UHGV virus genome: UHGV-0174779
DNA: 64,000 nt
Strand: one strand, 5' to 3'
DNA from: a virus
This document shows, piece after piece, positions 44,329-54,700 of the stretch. The translations under genes were made by a program, and so were the position numbers. How positions within the stretch are numbered: position 1 is the first letter of the stretch; the number at the start of each line of letters is the position of its first letter. The notes below the pieces were generated by a model that worked only from the letters and a program-made list of their open reading frames with translations, was not told where the DNA came from and did no database searches.

Positions 44329-46173
44329 GTGAGCAACCCGGACGCTCTTCCATTTTTGACAGAGATGACTGTCGCTGATATAATCTCTAAGCAAGCAAAG
44401 CACGGAGTGAGTTTCAACCGAAGAAATGCTCGGTGGTATGTTCACCTCCTTAAAGAGATTATTGTTAATATTGATAAAGAACTAATTCCTCTCTTACCTA
44501 AGATGAGATTAGACGGCTCTACTTATATGAAGCCGTTTAAGAAGTCTGGAGCTTTGCAGAAGTGGCCTCAAGCCTATTGTGATAGGGTTGGGCTGAAGAG
44601 GGAGGACATTGGTGGAGCTTTCACCTGTGTCGAATACGTAGACTTTGACCCATCGAAGGATGCACGAGTTAAAGAAGCTCTTATGGATGAGGGCTTTCTT
44701 CCTCCAGAGTTTAACGTATCTAAAAAGCCTTGGAATACTTTCGAAATTAAGAAAGATATGAGAAAGTATGGAACATACCAAGCATGGTATACTGCTTGGA
44801 TGCGAGGCAATGCTAAGCAAAAGCAGACAGCCGAGATGGTTGACGCTGATATAAAGAAATTCTTAGAAAAGCATTTTAGATTTAAGACTAAGAATTACAT
44901 GAAGGCTTACGTATTTGGTTTGGGATTAAACCCGAATCGCCGTAATCCTGTAACGTTTGATGAGATTAAGAAAGCACTAGCCACATCAAACAAGTGGCCT
45001 ACAGCTCCTACAAACCTCGAGGAGACTCTTGAAGAAGGGCTAGGGGGTGAGCTAGGGAGTGTTGGGAGTTTGCTTAAGAGACGCGTTGTAGCGGCTCACA
45101 GGCTAGGTCTTATCAGTGGACTTATAGCAAAGGAACGCGAAGATGGTAAACTTTCAGCAGAAGCTAACAGCTGCGCTACGCCGACTTTTCGATTCAAACA
45201 TCGTATCGTGGTTAATATTCCCTCCCGTGGTCTGTTTGGTCACGAGTGTCGCAGTTTGTTTGAGTCTGACTATAACTCAGACAGTGATCACTCTCGTCCT
45301 TTCGTTATTACTAACGTTGTTCCTGATGGTTGTTATATACGAAAAGGTACTAACGTAATTTACGAGAAAGGTAAGCCGGGGAAGAAAGACAAACCTGTAG
45401 GTGCTTACAAATATTACATACCCGCTGGTAAAGAAGTATTCTTAGGGTATGATGGTTCTGGGTTAGAGTTGCGTATGTTAGTGCACTATCTTGTGAAAGA
45501 GTGCCTTGACATGATGGAAGAAGCCAAAGCAGAGAACGATAAAATTAAGTATCTTAGGGCTGAGAAAGGCTTAGAGGCTGCTTATACTTATCGAGAGGTT
45601 CTTCTCTCAGGTGATATCCATTCCCACAATCAGAAACTAGCTGGCCTACCAACTAGAGATAATGCAAAAACTTTTATCTATGGATTTCTATATGGGGCAG
45701 GCGCAGCTAAGATTGGAGAGATTGTTGGAGGAGGTGCTCAAGAGGGTGAAATTCTCAGAGAACGTTTCTTAGCAGAATGCCCTTGTATCCCAATTGTCTT
45801 GGAGAGAGTACAAGCTCGTGCAGAAACAGGTACTCTTGAAGGTGTGGATGGTCGTAAGTTGACCATGAGACGGGATGCTACTGGTAAGGTTATGGTGCAT
45901 AAAGCCCTGAATACCCTACTCCAGAGTGCAGGTGCCATTGTCATGAAATACTCCATTTTGTTCACAAATAAATGGGTAGAGCAGCAGGGTATTAGAGGAA
46001 ATAAGGTGATTGACTATCATGATGAAGCACAGTGGTCTGTCAACCGTAACGACATTGATAAAATGAAAGAGATAGCTGAGACTTGTGTTAAAAAAGCAGG
46101 AGAATATCTAAACATGCACTGTGAATTAGCATCTGATTGTCAGATTGGATTAAATTGGATGCACACCCATTGA
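44329..46173 (+). CDS. DNA polymerase, polymerase subunit (family A, T7 gp5-like thumb/palm/fingers)
   Basis: 614 aa; motif A YDGSGLELRML, motif B RDNAKTFIYGFLYGAG, motif C DYHDEAQ; begins where T7 gp5 resumes after the exonuclease domain. Confidence 0.85.
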   Translation: MSNPDALPFLTEMTVADIISKQAKHGVSFNRRNARWYVHLLKEIIVNIDKELIPLLPKMRLDGSTYMKPFKKSGALQKWPQAYCDRVGLKREDIGGAFTCVEYVDFDPSKDARVKEALMDEGFLPPEFNVSKKPWNTFEIKKDMRKYGTYQAWYTAWMRGNAKQKQTAEMVDADIKKFLEKHFRFKTKNYMKAYVFGLGLNPNRRNPVTFDEIKKALATSNKWPTAPTNLEETLEEGLGGELGSVGSLLKRRVVAAHRLGLISGLIAKEREDGKLSAEANSCATPTFRFKHRIVVNIPSRGLFGHECRSLFESDYNSDSDHSRPFVITNVVPDGCYIRKGTNVIYEKGKPGKKDKPVGAYKYYIPAGKEVFLGYDGSGLELRMLVHYLVKECLDMMEEAKAENDKIKYLRAEKGLEAAYTYREVLLSGDIHSHNQKLAGLPTRDNAKTFIYGFLYGAGAAKIGEIVGGGAQEGEILRERFLAECPCIPIVLERVQARAETGTLEGVDGRKLTMRRDATGKVMVHKALNTLLQSAGAIVMKYSILFTNKWVEQQGIRGNKVIDYHDEAQWSVNRNDIDKMKEIAETCVKKAGEYLNMHCELASDCQIGLNWMHTH

Positions 46174-46365
46174 TTCAGAACTGAAAAACTGGAACACTAA
46201 TGAACTAGTCTTATTGATTGGTTCATAACAAGGAGATTGAAGTGGAAGAGATGCCATCGGATTGGTGCTATCGTCAAAGCACCATCTGTAATGAACAAGG
46301 ACGTGCTGATGAAGCGCAATACTATTTGGAATTAGCTGAATTATGGAAAGAGAGAGAGGAAAAGA

Positions 46366-46542
46366 ATGACTGCAACTGAACTGAAAGAAACCCTATCCAC
46401 TGAAGAAGGTAAAGCTTTCTTCTTATCTCAAGTACACTCCATGGGTAAAGATGCCCTTCGCCAAGCAGTTGTTGAGCTTACTGGTGTAGTGATTGATTTG
46501 AGCATTGAAAATGAAACACTTGAAGCTAAAGTGAACAGTTAA
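46366..46542 (+). CDS. Small hypothetical protein (58 aa)
   Basis: ATG with GAGGAAAAG RBS; followed by terminator. Confidence 0.35.
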   Translation: MTATELKETLSTEEGKAFFLSQVHSMGKDALRQAVVELTGVVIDLSIENETLEAKVNS

Positions 46543-46546
46543 ATAA

Positions 46547-46576
46547 AAAGCTGCCTTAGGGCGGCTTTTCTTGTCT
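46547..46576 (+). terminator. Rho-independent terminator
   Basis: AGCTGCC-ttag-GGCGGCTT followed by TTCTTGTCT. Confidence 0.5.
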
Positions 46577-46589
46577 AAAGGATTTGGAT

Positions 46590-46982
46590 ATGAATATTGG
46601 TTTAGATTATGACGACACTTACACAGCAGATAGACGTCTGTGGAGAGATGTAATAGGCTTGATGAAAGAGTATGGACATGATGTAAGATTCGTGACTTTC
46701 CGTTTCTCAGAGCCTAATGGTTATGATAACGTGGATATCCTGTACGATGCAGAGACCCTGCAAATCCCTGTCATCTTTTGTAATGGTGTGCAGAAGGATG
46801 AGGTATGTCGACAGTTAGGTTTCTTTGTAGATATCTGGATTGACGACTTCCCTGTTGGAATCCCCAAAAAGGACCACCTAGACGGTATGCTGAAGGGCGT
46901 AAGACTTAATGACCTTAGGGCAGCACCTCCTGTAGAAATAGCCGCTCCTGTGTACTCTGAAGAGCCTCTGGTTATACGTTAA
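46590..46982 (+). CDS. Hypothetical protein
   Basis: ORF 46584..46982, ATG 46590. Confidence 0.5.
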   Translation: MNIGLDYDDTYTADRRLWRDVIGLMKEYGHDVRFVTFRFSEPNGYDNVDILYDAETLQIPVIFCNGVQKDEVCRQLGFFVDIWIDDFPVGIPKKDHLDGMLKGVRLNDLRAAPPVEIAAPVYSEEPLVIR

Positions 46983-47131
46983 TAAGGAAATTAAATGATT
47001 TGGATTCACACCTATAAGATTGGAAAGAAAGAGATCACCGTTGTGCATCACTCTGAAGAAAGTGCTAATGCTTCCAAAGAAGTTCTTAAAGGAGAAGTTA
47101 AAGTATACGCTGAAGTAAAAGGAAATGAAGA

Positions 47132-47320
47132 ATGATTAATAAAATTAAAGATAATGAATATTTACTTAACTCTTCTATTTTAGATAATGGAAATACTATT
47201 GATTTCATTACTCTTTCAGAGTTAAAAGAGTTAGTAGATTCTTTATATTCAGAGGAACAAAATCGTTTGTTACAAGAGTCTCTTAGTGGAGATTATGTTT
47301 GTGATGGATGCTTGATTTAA
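47132..47320 (+). CDS. Hypothetical protein
   Basis: 62 aa ORF. Confidence 0.35.
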   Translation: MINKIKDNEYLLNSSILDNGNTIDFITLSELKELVDSLYSEEQNRLLQESLSGDYVCDGCLI

Positions 47321-47339
47321 CTTTCTTTATAATAGGTAA

Positions 47340-47745
47340 TAAGTAATGGGTGTTTATGAGAAGTTTCTTGTTTTTGTATCAATTTGTTTAGTGTTAGATG
47401 TAATAATTATCTATTCTTTTAAATAGAGAATCAAAGTCCCTAGGAGTCCCTACAACCTAAATCAAGGATTCCTTAATTCTCTATTTTTATCACGCAGGTG
47501 GCTCCTGCCCTTCCGGTAGTCTCTCAATTTCTTACAAACTTATGAGAGATTGTCGTCTGCGCCTTATCGTCGTCAGTCCCGTGCAATAACTTTATCAGCT
47601 ATACAATATATACATTACTGGTATGTTATATCTACTACCAAAGATACTTATACTATATAGTACTCTTATCGGTATAAGCGTAATGTATACTATACATAAC
47701 CGCTCAAAGAGAGCAACAATCTTTCAAACTAAATAAGGAAATTTA
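47340..47745 (+). repeat. AT-rich structured non-coding region with inverted and TATAC-type repeats (candidate origin or middle promoter region)
   Basis: aatagagaat ... attctctatt inverted repeat enclosing gtccctaggagtccct, then tatacaatatatac / tatactatatag / taatgtatactatac repeats, immediately upstream of the SSB gene. Confidence 0.35.
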
Positions 47746-47748
47746 ATA

Positions 47749-48495
47749 ATGAGCATGATTCCAACTATCGCAACTTCTTCCCGTAAATCCAACTACGATG
47801 TAATCCCTGATGGTGAATACGAAGCACGTATTGTTCGTGTAGTAGGTTTGGGTGTTCACAATCGTGACCCTTGGATTGACCCGAAGACCAAAGCAGTAAC
47901 TCCTAAGAATCCAGCATTCCGTATGGATTTAGCTTTCGAGCTGATTGGCGTTGATGCTACTGGTAAAGATTCCGATGGTAAGGCATTAGAACCACGTCCG
48001 GCTTGCCAGTTCAAGAGCTATGATGTAAACCCACGAGCTAAGAACTCTGGTATTCTTGATCTTTGCAAGATGATTGACCCAAGCATTCAAGCACTGAAAG
48101 GTGATCTATCTTGGTTCAAGGATGTTCTGTTAGGTCAGCCTGTTAACATTCTGGTTAACTCTTACACTAATAAAGCTGGTGAAGTTAAAAACTCCATCAA
48201 GACCATTTCTCCAATCCCAACCAAATACCGTGCAGCAGTTGGTGAAGCTCGTAGTCCTCTGGTATTCTTCGAACCATATGCTGAAACCGATGAGAACGTA
48301 GCATCCTATCAACTGATGTTCCCGTTCCAGCGCAACCTGCTTACTCAAGCTAATGACGCTAAGAACATGCCTCTGGCTGGTCGTGAAATTACTCGTGCTT
48401 CTGAAACAGAACAGAAAGAAGCTACTCCTTCAATCCCTACGATTGATAAAGAGCCTGCTTCTACTTATGAAGATGATAACGATTCGCCTTTCTGA
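47749..48495 (+). CDS. Single-stranded DNA-binding protein (putative)
   Basis: 248 aa; acidic C-terminal tail ending ...STYEDDNDSPF (SSB-like D-D-x-P-F terminus); position in replication module. Confidence 0.6.
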   Translation: MSMIPTIATSSRKSNYDVIPDGEYEARIVRVVGLGVHNRDPWIDPKTKAVTPKNPAFRMDLAFELIGVDATGKDSDGKALEPRPACQFKSYDVNPRAKNSGILDLCKMIDPSIQALKGDLSWFKDVLLGQPVNILVNSYTNKAGEVKNSIKTISPIPTKYRAAVGEARSPLVFFEPYAETDENVASYQLMFPFQRNLLTQANDAKNMPLAGREITRASETEQKEATPSIPTIDKEPASTYEDDNDSPF

Positions 48496-48509
48496 TAACT
48501 CTCCTTGTT

Positions 48510-48545
48510 ATAGCTTAGCCACCTTCGGGTGGCTTTTTTCGTTGG
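48510..48545 (+). terminator. Rho-independent terminator
   Basis: GCCACC-ttcg-GGTGGC followed by TTTTTTCG. Confidence 0.6.
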
Positions 48546-48787
48546 AGACAATATGAAAAGTACATTAAGTGATAATGTAGGTTTTATCATCTTCTCTGCT
48601 CTCGTGTTCTTTGGAGGTATGAAGTTCAATGAATACCGAACAGACAGTAACAATCTTGATAAAGAGAAGCATCAACAAGAGTTAGAGATTGAAAGAAGTA
48701 AGGCAGCTGATGAAGTTGCTCAGAGGGTTCTTACTGGTTTATCCGACTGGAAGAAGAACACGGAAACTGTTTATAAAGAGATGCATT

Positions 48788-49958
<1,171 letters not shown>

Positions 49959-49959
49959 C

Positions 49960-50781
49960 ATGGAAGAAGTTAAGCTCCCTGAAGTAGCAATTGTGGACGC
50001 GGATGTTCTTCGATATGAGGTGGGTGCCCTTACTCAGGAGCATCCATTCCTTGACACAGGACGTGTTCCAGTCGATTACAATTTCATGATTGAACGACTT
50101 CAGTACAAGATTGATACAATTATAGCTCGCTCGGGTTGTAGTAAGGTTGTATTCTACTTCAGCGAAGGTGGTAACTTCCGTTTCGATATCGCTAAGCAAC
50201 AGGATTATAAAGGTAATCGAGCAATATCTGAGAAACCCTTCCACTGGAAAGCGGTCGGAGATTATATCAAAGAGCACTATGAGTATATTGACGTCTTTGG
50301 TAGAGAAGCAGATGACGCTTTAGCTGAAAGGCAGCGTAGAGACAAGAACACTATCATCTGTACTAGAGACAAAGATTTATTAATAACCCCCGGATGGCAT
50401 TATCGCTGGGCTTGTGGAGAAAGGCAGAAAGAGGTTCCCCCTCACTACGTATCCGATTTAGTTTCATGGCAAAACTTCTTCTATCAAATGTTGATTGGAG
50501 ATGGTACGGATAATATCCCCGGATGTGGGGAACGCAAAGAAGTTATGTGGGGTGGTAAGCTTCAGCTTCGACGTCAAGGAATAGGGAAGAAGGCAGCAGC
50601 TAAATTACTAGCTGGTGTTACAGACAAATGGACCATGTATCATATAGTGCGAATGGAATATTATAAGAAGTTCGATACTGAAGATGAAGAGAAAATGCTT
50701 GAGAATGCTCGGCTTCTCTTTGTTGGTCAGACTCCAGAAGACCTATTTGATTGGTCATGGTTAAACAAATCTTGGGAATAA
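49960..50781 (+). CDS. 5'-3' exonuclease (T7 gp6-like)
   Basis: 273 aa; YKGNR, EADDALA, ICTRDKDLL, LIGDGTDNIPG in the order of T7 gene 6 exonuclease. Confidence 0.7.
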   Translation: MEEVKLPEVAIVDADVLRYEVGALTQEHPFLDTGRVPVDYNFMIERLQYKIDTIIARSGCSKVVFYFSEGGNFRFDIAKQQDYKGNRAISEKPFHWKAVGDYIKEHYEYIDVFGREADDALAERQRRDKNTIICTRDKDLLITPGWHYRWACGERQKEVPPHYVSDLVSWQNFFYQMLIGDGTDNIPGCGERKEVMWGGKLQLRRQGIGKKAAAKLLAGVTDKWTMYHIVRMEYYKKFDTEDEEKMLENARLLFVGQTPEDLFDWSWLNKSWE

Positions 50782-50791
50782 GGATGTTATA

Positions 50792-50971
50792 ATGGGTAAA
50801 TTTGATTATCGTTCATATGATGAAAACTCCTCCAATCGTGAATCTCGTAAAGACCAAAAGATTAAGCATCAACTGTTTGATCAGCGGACTGGACGTATTC
50901 CTCGTGAAGGCAAAGTAAGTCATCGTGTAAACAAACGAGTTTGGGAAGAAGCTGATTATGGCGAAGTCTGA
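50792..50971 (+). CDS. Small hypothetical protein (59 aa)
   Basis: ATG after AAGGA; basic; overlaps next start. Confidence 0.3.
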   Translation: MGKFDYRSYDENSSNRESRKDQKIKHQLFDQRTGRIPREGKVSHRVNKRVWEEADYGEV

Positions 50972-51359
50972 GAAGACACGCTGTAGCGGAACGTGGACTG
51001 AAGCTCGTTACAACTCTTTCATCAAGTCAGGGATTCGTTCTCTGACTAGAAAGTGGAAGCCCATGTTCGATGCACTAGCAGACGCCAAGACAGAGCAGAA
51101 GATTAACCCGAAGACAGGTAGACTGGCAATGCACTTTAAGTGTGCCATGTGTGGTTCTGACCACCCTGTAAAGGATATGGCTTTAGATCATATAAATCCT
51201 ATCGTTCCTCTAGACCATGAGGCTAGCTGGGATGAAATTATCTCTCGTGCTCTGTGTGAGAAAGAAGGTTTTCAGGTTCTGTGTAAAGACCCTTGTCATA
51301 AACTAAAAACAAAGATGGAAAACGATGCAAGAAAACAATTCAAGAAAGGAAACGAGTGA
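50958..51359 (+). CDS. HNH-type nuclease-like protein
   Basis: 133 aa; CAMCGS...DHINP...CKDPCHKLKT. Confidence 0.5.
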   Translation: MAKSEKTRCSGTWTEARYNSFIKSGIRSLTRKWKPMFDALADAKTEQKINPKTGRLAMHFKCAMCGSDHPVKDMALDHINPIVPLDHEASWDEIISRALCEKEGFQVLCKDPCHKLKTKMENDARKQFKKGNE

Positions 51360-51580
51360 TGATCAAAAAATCTACGCAACAAGTGCTTCGCTTTCGCTAT
51401 CGCAACTGGAGAGGCGAGGTTGCTGACCGGTCCGTTATTCCACTCCGAACCTCCGTTGCTAGCTCCCGTTTTCATAACGGTGGCAAACCTTGTTGGATTA
51501 TGACAGCGATAGATATAGAGAAAGATGAGATTCGAGAGTTCAAGCTCTCTGATATTATTCAATATTATGATTTGATCTAG
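51356..51580 (+). CDS. Hypothetical protein
   Basis: 74 aa ORF. Confidence 0.4.
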   Translation: MMIKKSTQQVLRFRYRNWRGEVADRSVIPLRTSVASSRFHNGGKPCWIMTAIDIEKDEIREFKLSDIIQYYDLI

Positions 51581-51588
51581 GAGAAAAT

Positions 51589-51714
51589 ATGATCTATAGT
51601 CAAGATATTCTGGATGAATTGCTTAAAATGACAAATCGCCTTACAGAGATTATTGAAGAAATAAAAGCCAGAGAAGAGTCTTACTTAGCATCCGAGGAAA
51701 ATTGGGATGTATGA
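51589..51714 (+). CDS. Small hypothetical protein (41 aa)
   Basis: ATG after GGAGAAAA; last plus-strand ORF before the convergent terminator. Confidence 0.3.
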   Translation: MIYSQDILDELLKMTNRLTEIIEEIKAREESYLASEENWDV

Positions 51715-51746
51715 TGAATTTGACGGTTTTTAAAACTTAGAAACAA

Positions 51747-51790
51747 ATAAAGCCCTCTTGGATTTCTCCTTGAGGGCTTTTCTTTTATCA
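51747..51790. terminator. Bidirectional rho-independent terminator between convergent operons
   Basis: AAAGCCCTC-N14-GAGGGCTTT with T-runs on both sides. Confidence 0.6.
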
Positions 51791-54700
51791 CTCCTTAGGT
51801 CGAACTCTTACACGGAGTCTCGATTGACGCTTACTGCGTTCAAGCTTCTCTGACAATGAGCCACGTTTAATCTTCGGCTTCCCTTCGTCATTAAACTTCT
51901 CCAAGAACTGTAAGTACTCAGTACGATTCGTTGTCTTGTAAGAAGGAATCTTAATATCAGGGTTCTCTTCAATCACGCGTCTCATCTTCGCTACATCATC
52001 CCTGCCAAGCAACTTACTCTTAGCCTGTTCAGCTGTAGAACCAAAGATCTTCTCCAGTGCTCTGGATTTGTTACCACCTGCGGAAGAAGCACCAAGTTTA
52101 GCAATGGCAGAATAATCATCAGCACTAAACCAAGCTACTGGATTATCACCATACTTCTTCTTGTTTTCAGCAGCAGTCTGCAATGCACGTACAAAGCGAC
52201 GGTTGTTACCAGCCTTGTCAGCACCATGAACCCTGTCTAAAACTTCAGCCACACTGACTAACTCATCTAAGCTCTTCCCATTTAAGAAAGCTTTCTCTGC
52301 TTTATCAGCAAAGGCTTCTTCCTGTTGTTTGATACTTTCCAAGATATCGGAACTTGCTTGAGATCTTTCATCGTCAGGCAGAGCAGAACGAACCTTCTCC
52401 ATCTCCAACTCTTCCTCTTGCAGTTTCTTAATATCAGAGTCAACCTTCTGAGCCTCCTCAACAGCCTTCCTAGTATCCGCATCCAAGTTATCAAGCTTAC
52501 CTTCAGTATCTCCAGTAACCTTAACAATCTCTTTCTCGATAGGAGTCATTGATTCGTACTTCTTAGCAAACTTCTCAACATCAGCCTCGATACGAGAACG
52601 AGCATTCTGATGCTCAGTCGGAGTCATAGGCTTCTCAAGAAGTGCATAACGGTTATCCATATAGGAACCAGCAAATGCTTCAGCATCCTCTCTAGATATG
52701 CCCTTATCTTCCATAGTACGCATCAGGCGGCGATGAATATCATCACGTTGACGTTGTACTGCCATAAGATCATTCTCACGCTCTTGGGCCGCTTTAAGCT
52801 CTTCACTGCGCTTAACTCTCTTGTCCACATCAAACTTACGGTTCATTTCTTCCGCTTGCTCATACATCCTGTTCCACTTAGCCTGACGAGCATCTTCCTC
52901 TGCATCAGTTAAACGACGCTGACGATCAAGGTAATCTGACTCGGCGTTATGGATACGTTCAATGTAACTACGGAACTTCTCTGGAGGAACTGGAGAGTTC
53001 TTATCGTGGTGAGCAGCCAACTGTTTCAATGTACGAGATTCCTGAGCCTCACGAACAGGTTTAGGTAAACCTTCCATCATCTTCTCAATCTCACTCTTCT
53101 GAGCTGCAATAGCCTCTAGAGTTTTACGTTCATTCTCAACAGCAGCCTTAGCATCTGAACGAGCCTGAGCTTTGTTTTTCAGAGTAGCAAGACGTTCTTC
53201 ACGAGCTTGTATGTGTTTAGCAAAAGCTTCGTACTGAGAGTTTTTGTTAGCTTTATTGAAGGCATTCACTTCTCTGTTATAGGTGTTAATAAACCCATCC
53301 CAAATATCCTTCATCTGACCAACTTCCAAAGCCTCCTCCCTACCAGCCTTCTCTGAAGATTTAAACTTCCCATCTACAAAGTCATTCATCAACTTACGCA
53401 TAGCATCTTTCTGAGCAGGACGTAAAGGTTCTGAATCAATCAAAGCATCAATCTCAGACTGAAGCTCTTTCTTCTGGTCAACCAGTTTAGGAGCATCTTT
53501 CCTATCAAAAGCTTTGTTCTCTTCTAGAGCTTGTTGATACAACCTATCAAACTCATCCTCACGCTGCTTCTGATACAATCTTTCAGCACGACGTTTCAGA
53601 CTATCCAAGTTAGTCACGTTCCCACCTAAACCTTTCTCCTCAGCACGTAATGCCTTAGTAGCAATGTCTTCTGGTAGACCACGTTCCTTAACCCATTCAG
53701 CAAAATTAGTTCGTACAGTGTTGTTCTTAGCAGTAGCAATACCTTGCTGAGAAGCTAGCTGGTTACGAGCCATTTCTTCATGACGTTCAGTGTTGATAGC
53801 ATTATCTTCCTGACGAATGCGACGCATCAATTCCTTAGGGTCACCTTTATAAGCCAAGAAGTTTTCAGCAGTAGCTTTAGCCTTAGCAGCTTTAGAGTAC
53901 AGAGAACGAGCAAAACGTTCTGCACGATCTTTAGTAGCCTGACGAGCAGCACTAGACATAGCAGCTAAACGTTCTACACCACTTGCCGGTTTAACGTCCT
54001 GTACAGCTTCCTTAGGAGCTTTAGGAGCACGGGCAGGTAATGGCTCAGCTTTGACTGTTGGTTCCTCTACAGTTGGTTCTGGAGCCTGTGCGGCCTCTTC
54101 TTGAGCACGACGTTGTTCTGCCTGTTTAACTGCGCGTCTTTGAGCAACTAAATCACGAGCCGTAAGAGGGGTTTCTTGAGGAGCAGAGGAAGGAAGATTT
54201 TCTTCCGTCACAGTACTAGAAGAAGGCTCCCGAACCGGTTCGGTTTCCACATCATTTTGAGTCTTAAATTTAATGTCATCAACAACTGGTTCTTCTTCCA
54301 TCTTAGCCCGAGCTTCATCAGCAGTAGATTTAGCACGAGCAACTTCCAAATCACCACGAGCTAAAGAGCGGATAGCTTCACTGTTAGATTCTTGTTGCTT
54401 AACACGTTGAGAGCGAGCACGCTGAGAAGAGAAGCGATTCAGAGCATATTTAGCAGCACCGAGAGTATTCATTACCAGACTAGGAGAAGAAGCCTCACGG
54501 AAGCCATCATCAGTCAGGGAAGTCCAGCCACGATCTTGGTTGCTCATGAACTTAGCCGTATTGTTCAGAGTGTAAGCATCTTGGATAGGATTAAAACCTT
54601 CAGGCATACCTTTCAGTTTCTTCAACCCACCGATAGCTTTCTTCATCTCTGGAGAAACATTATCAGCCATCTTCTGTAGTTCAGTAGCTTTCTCTACAAA

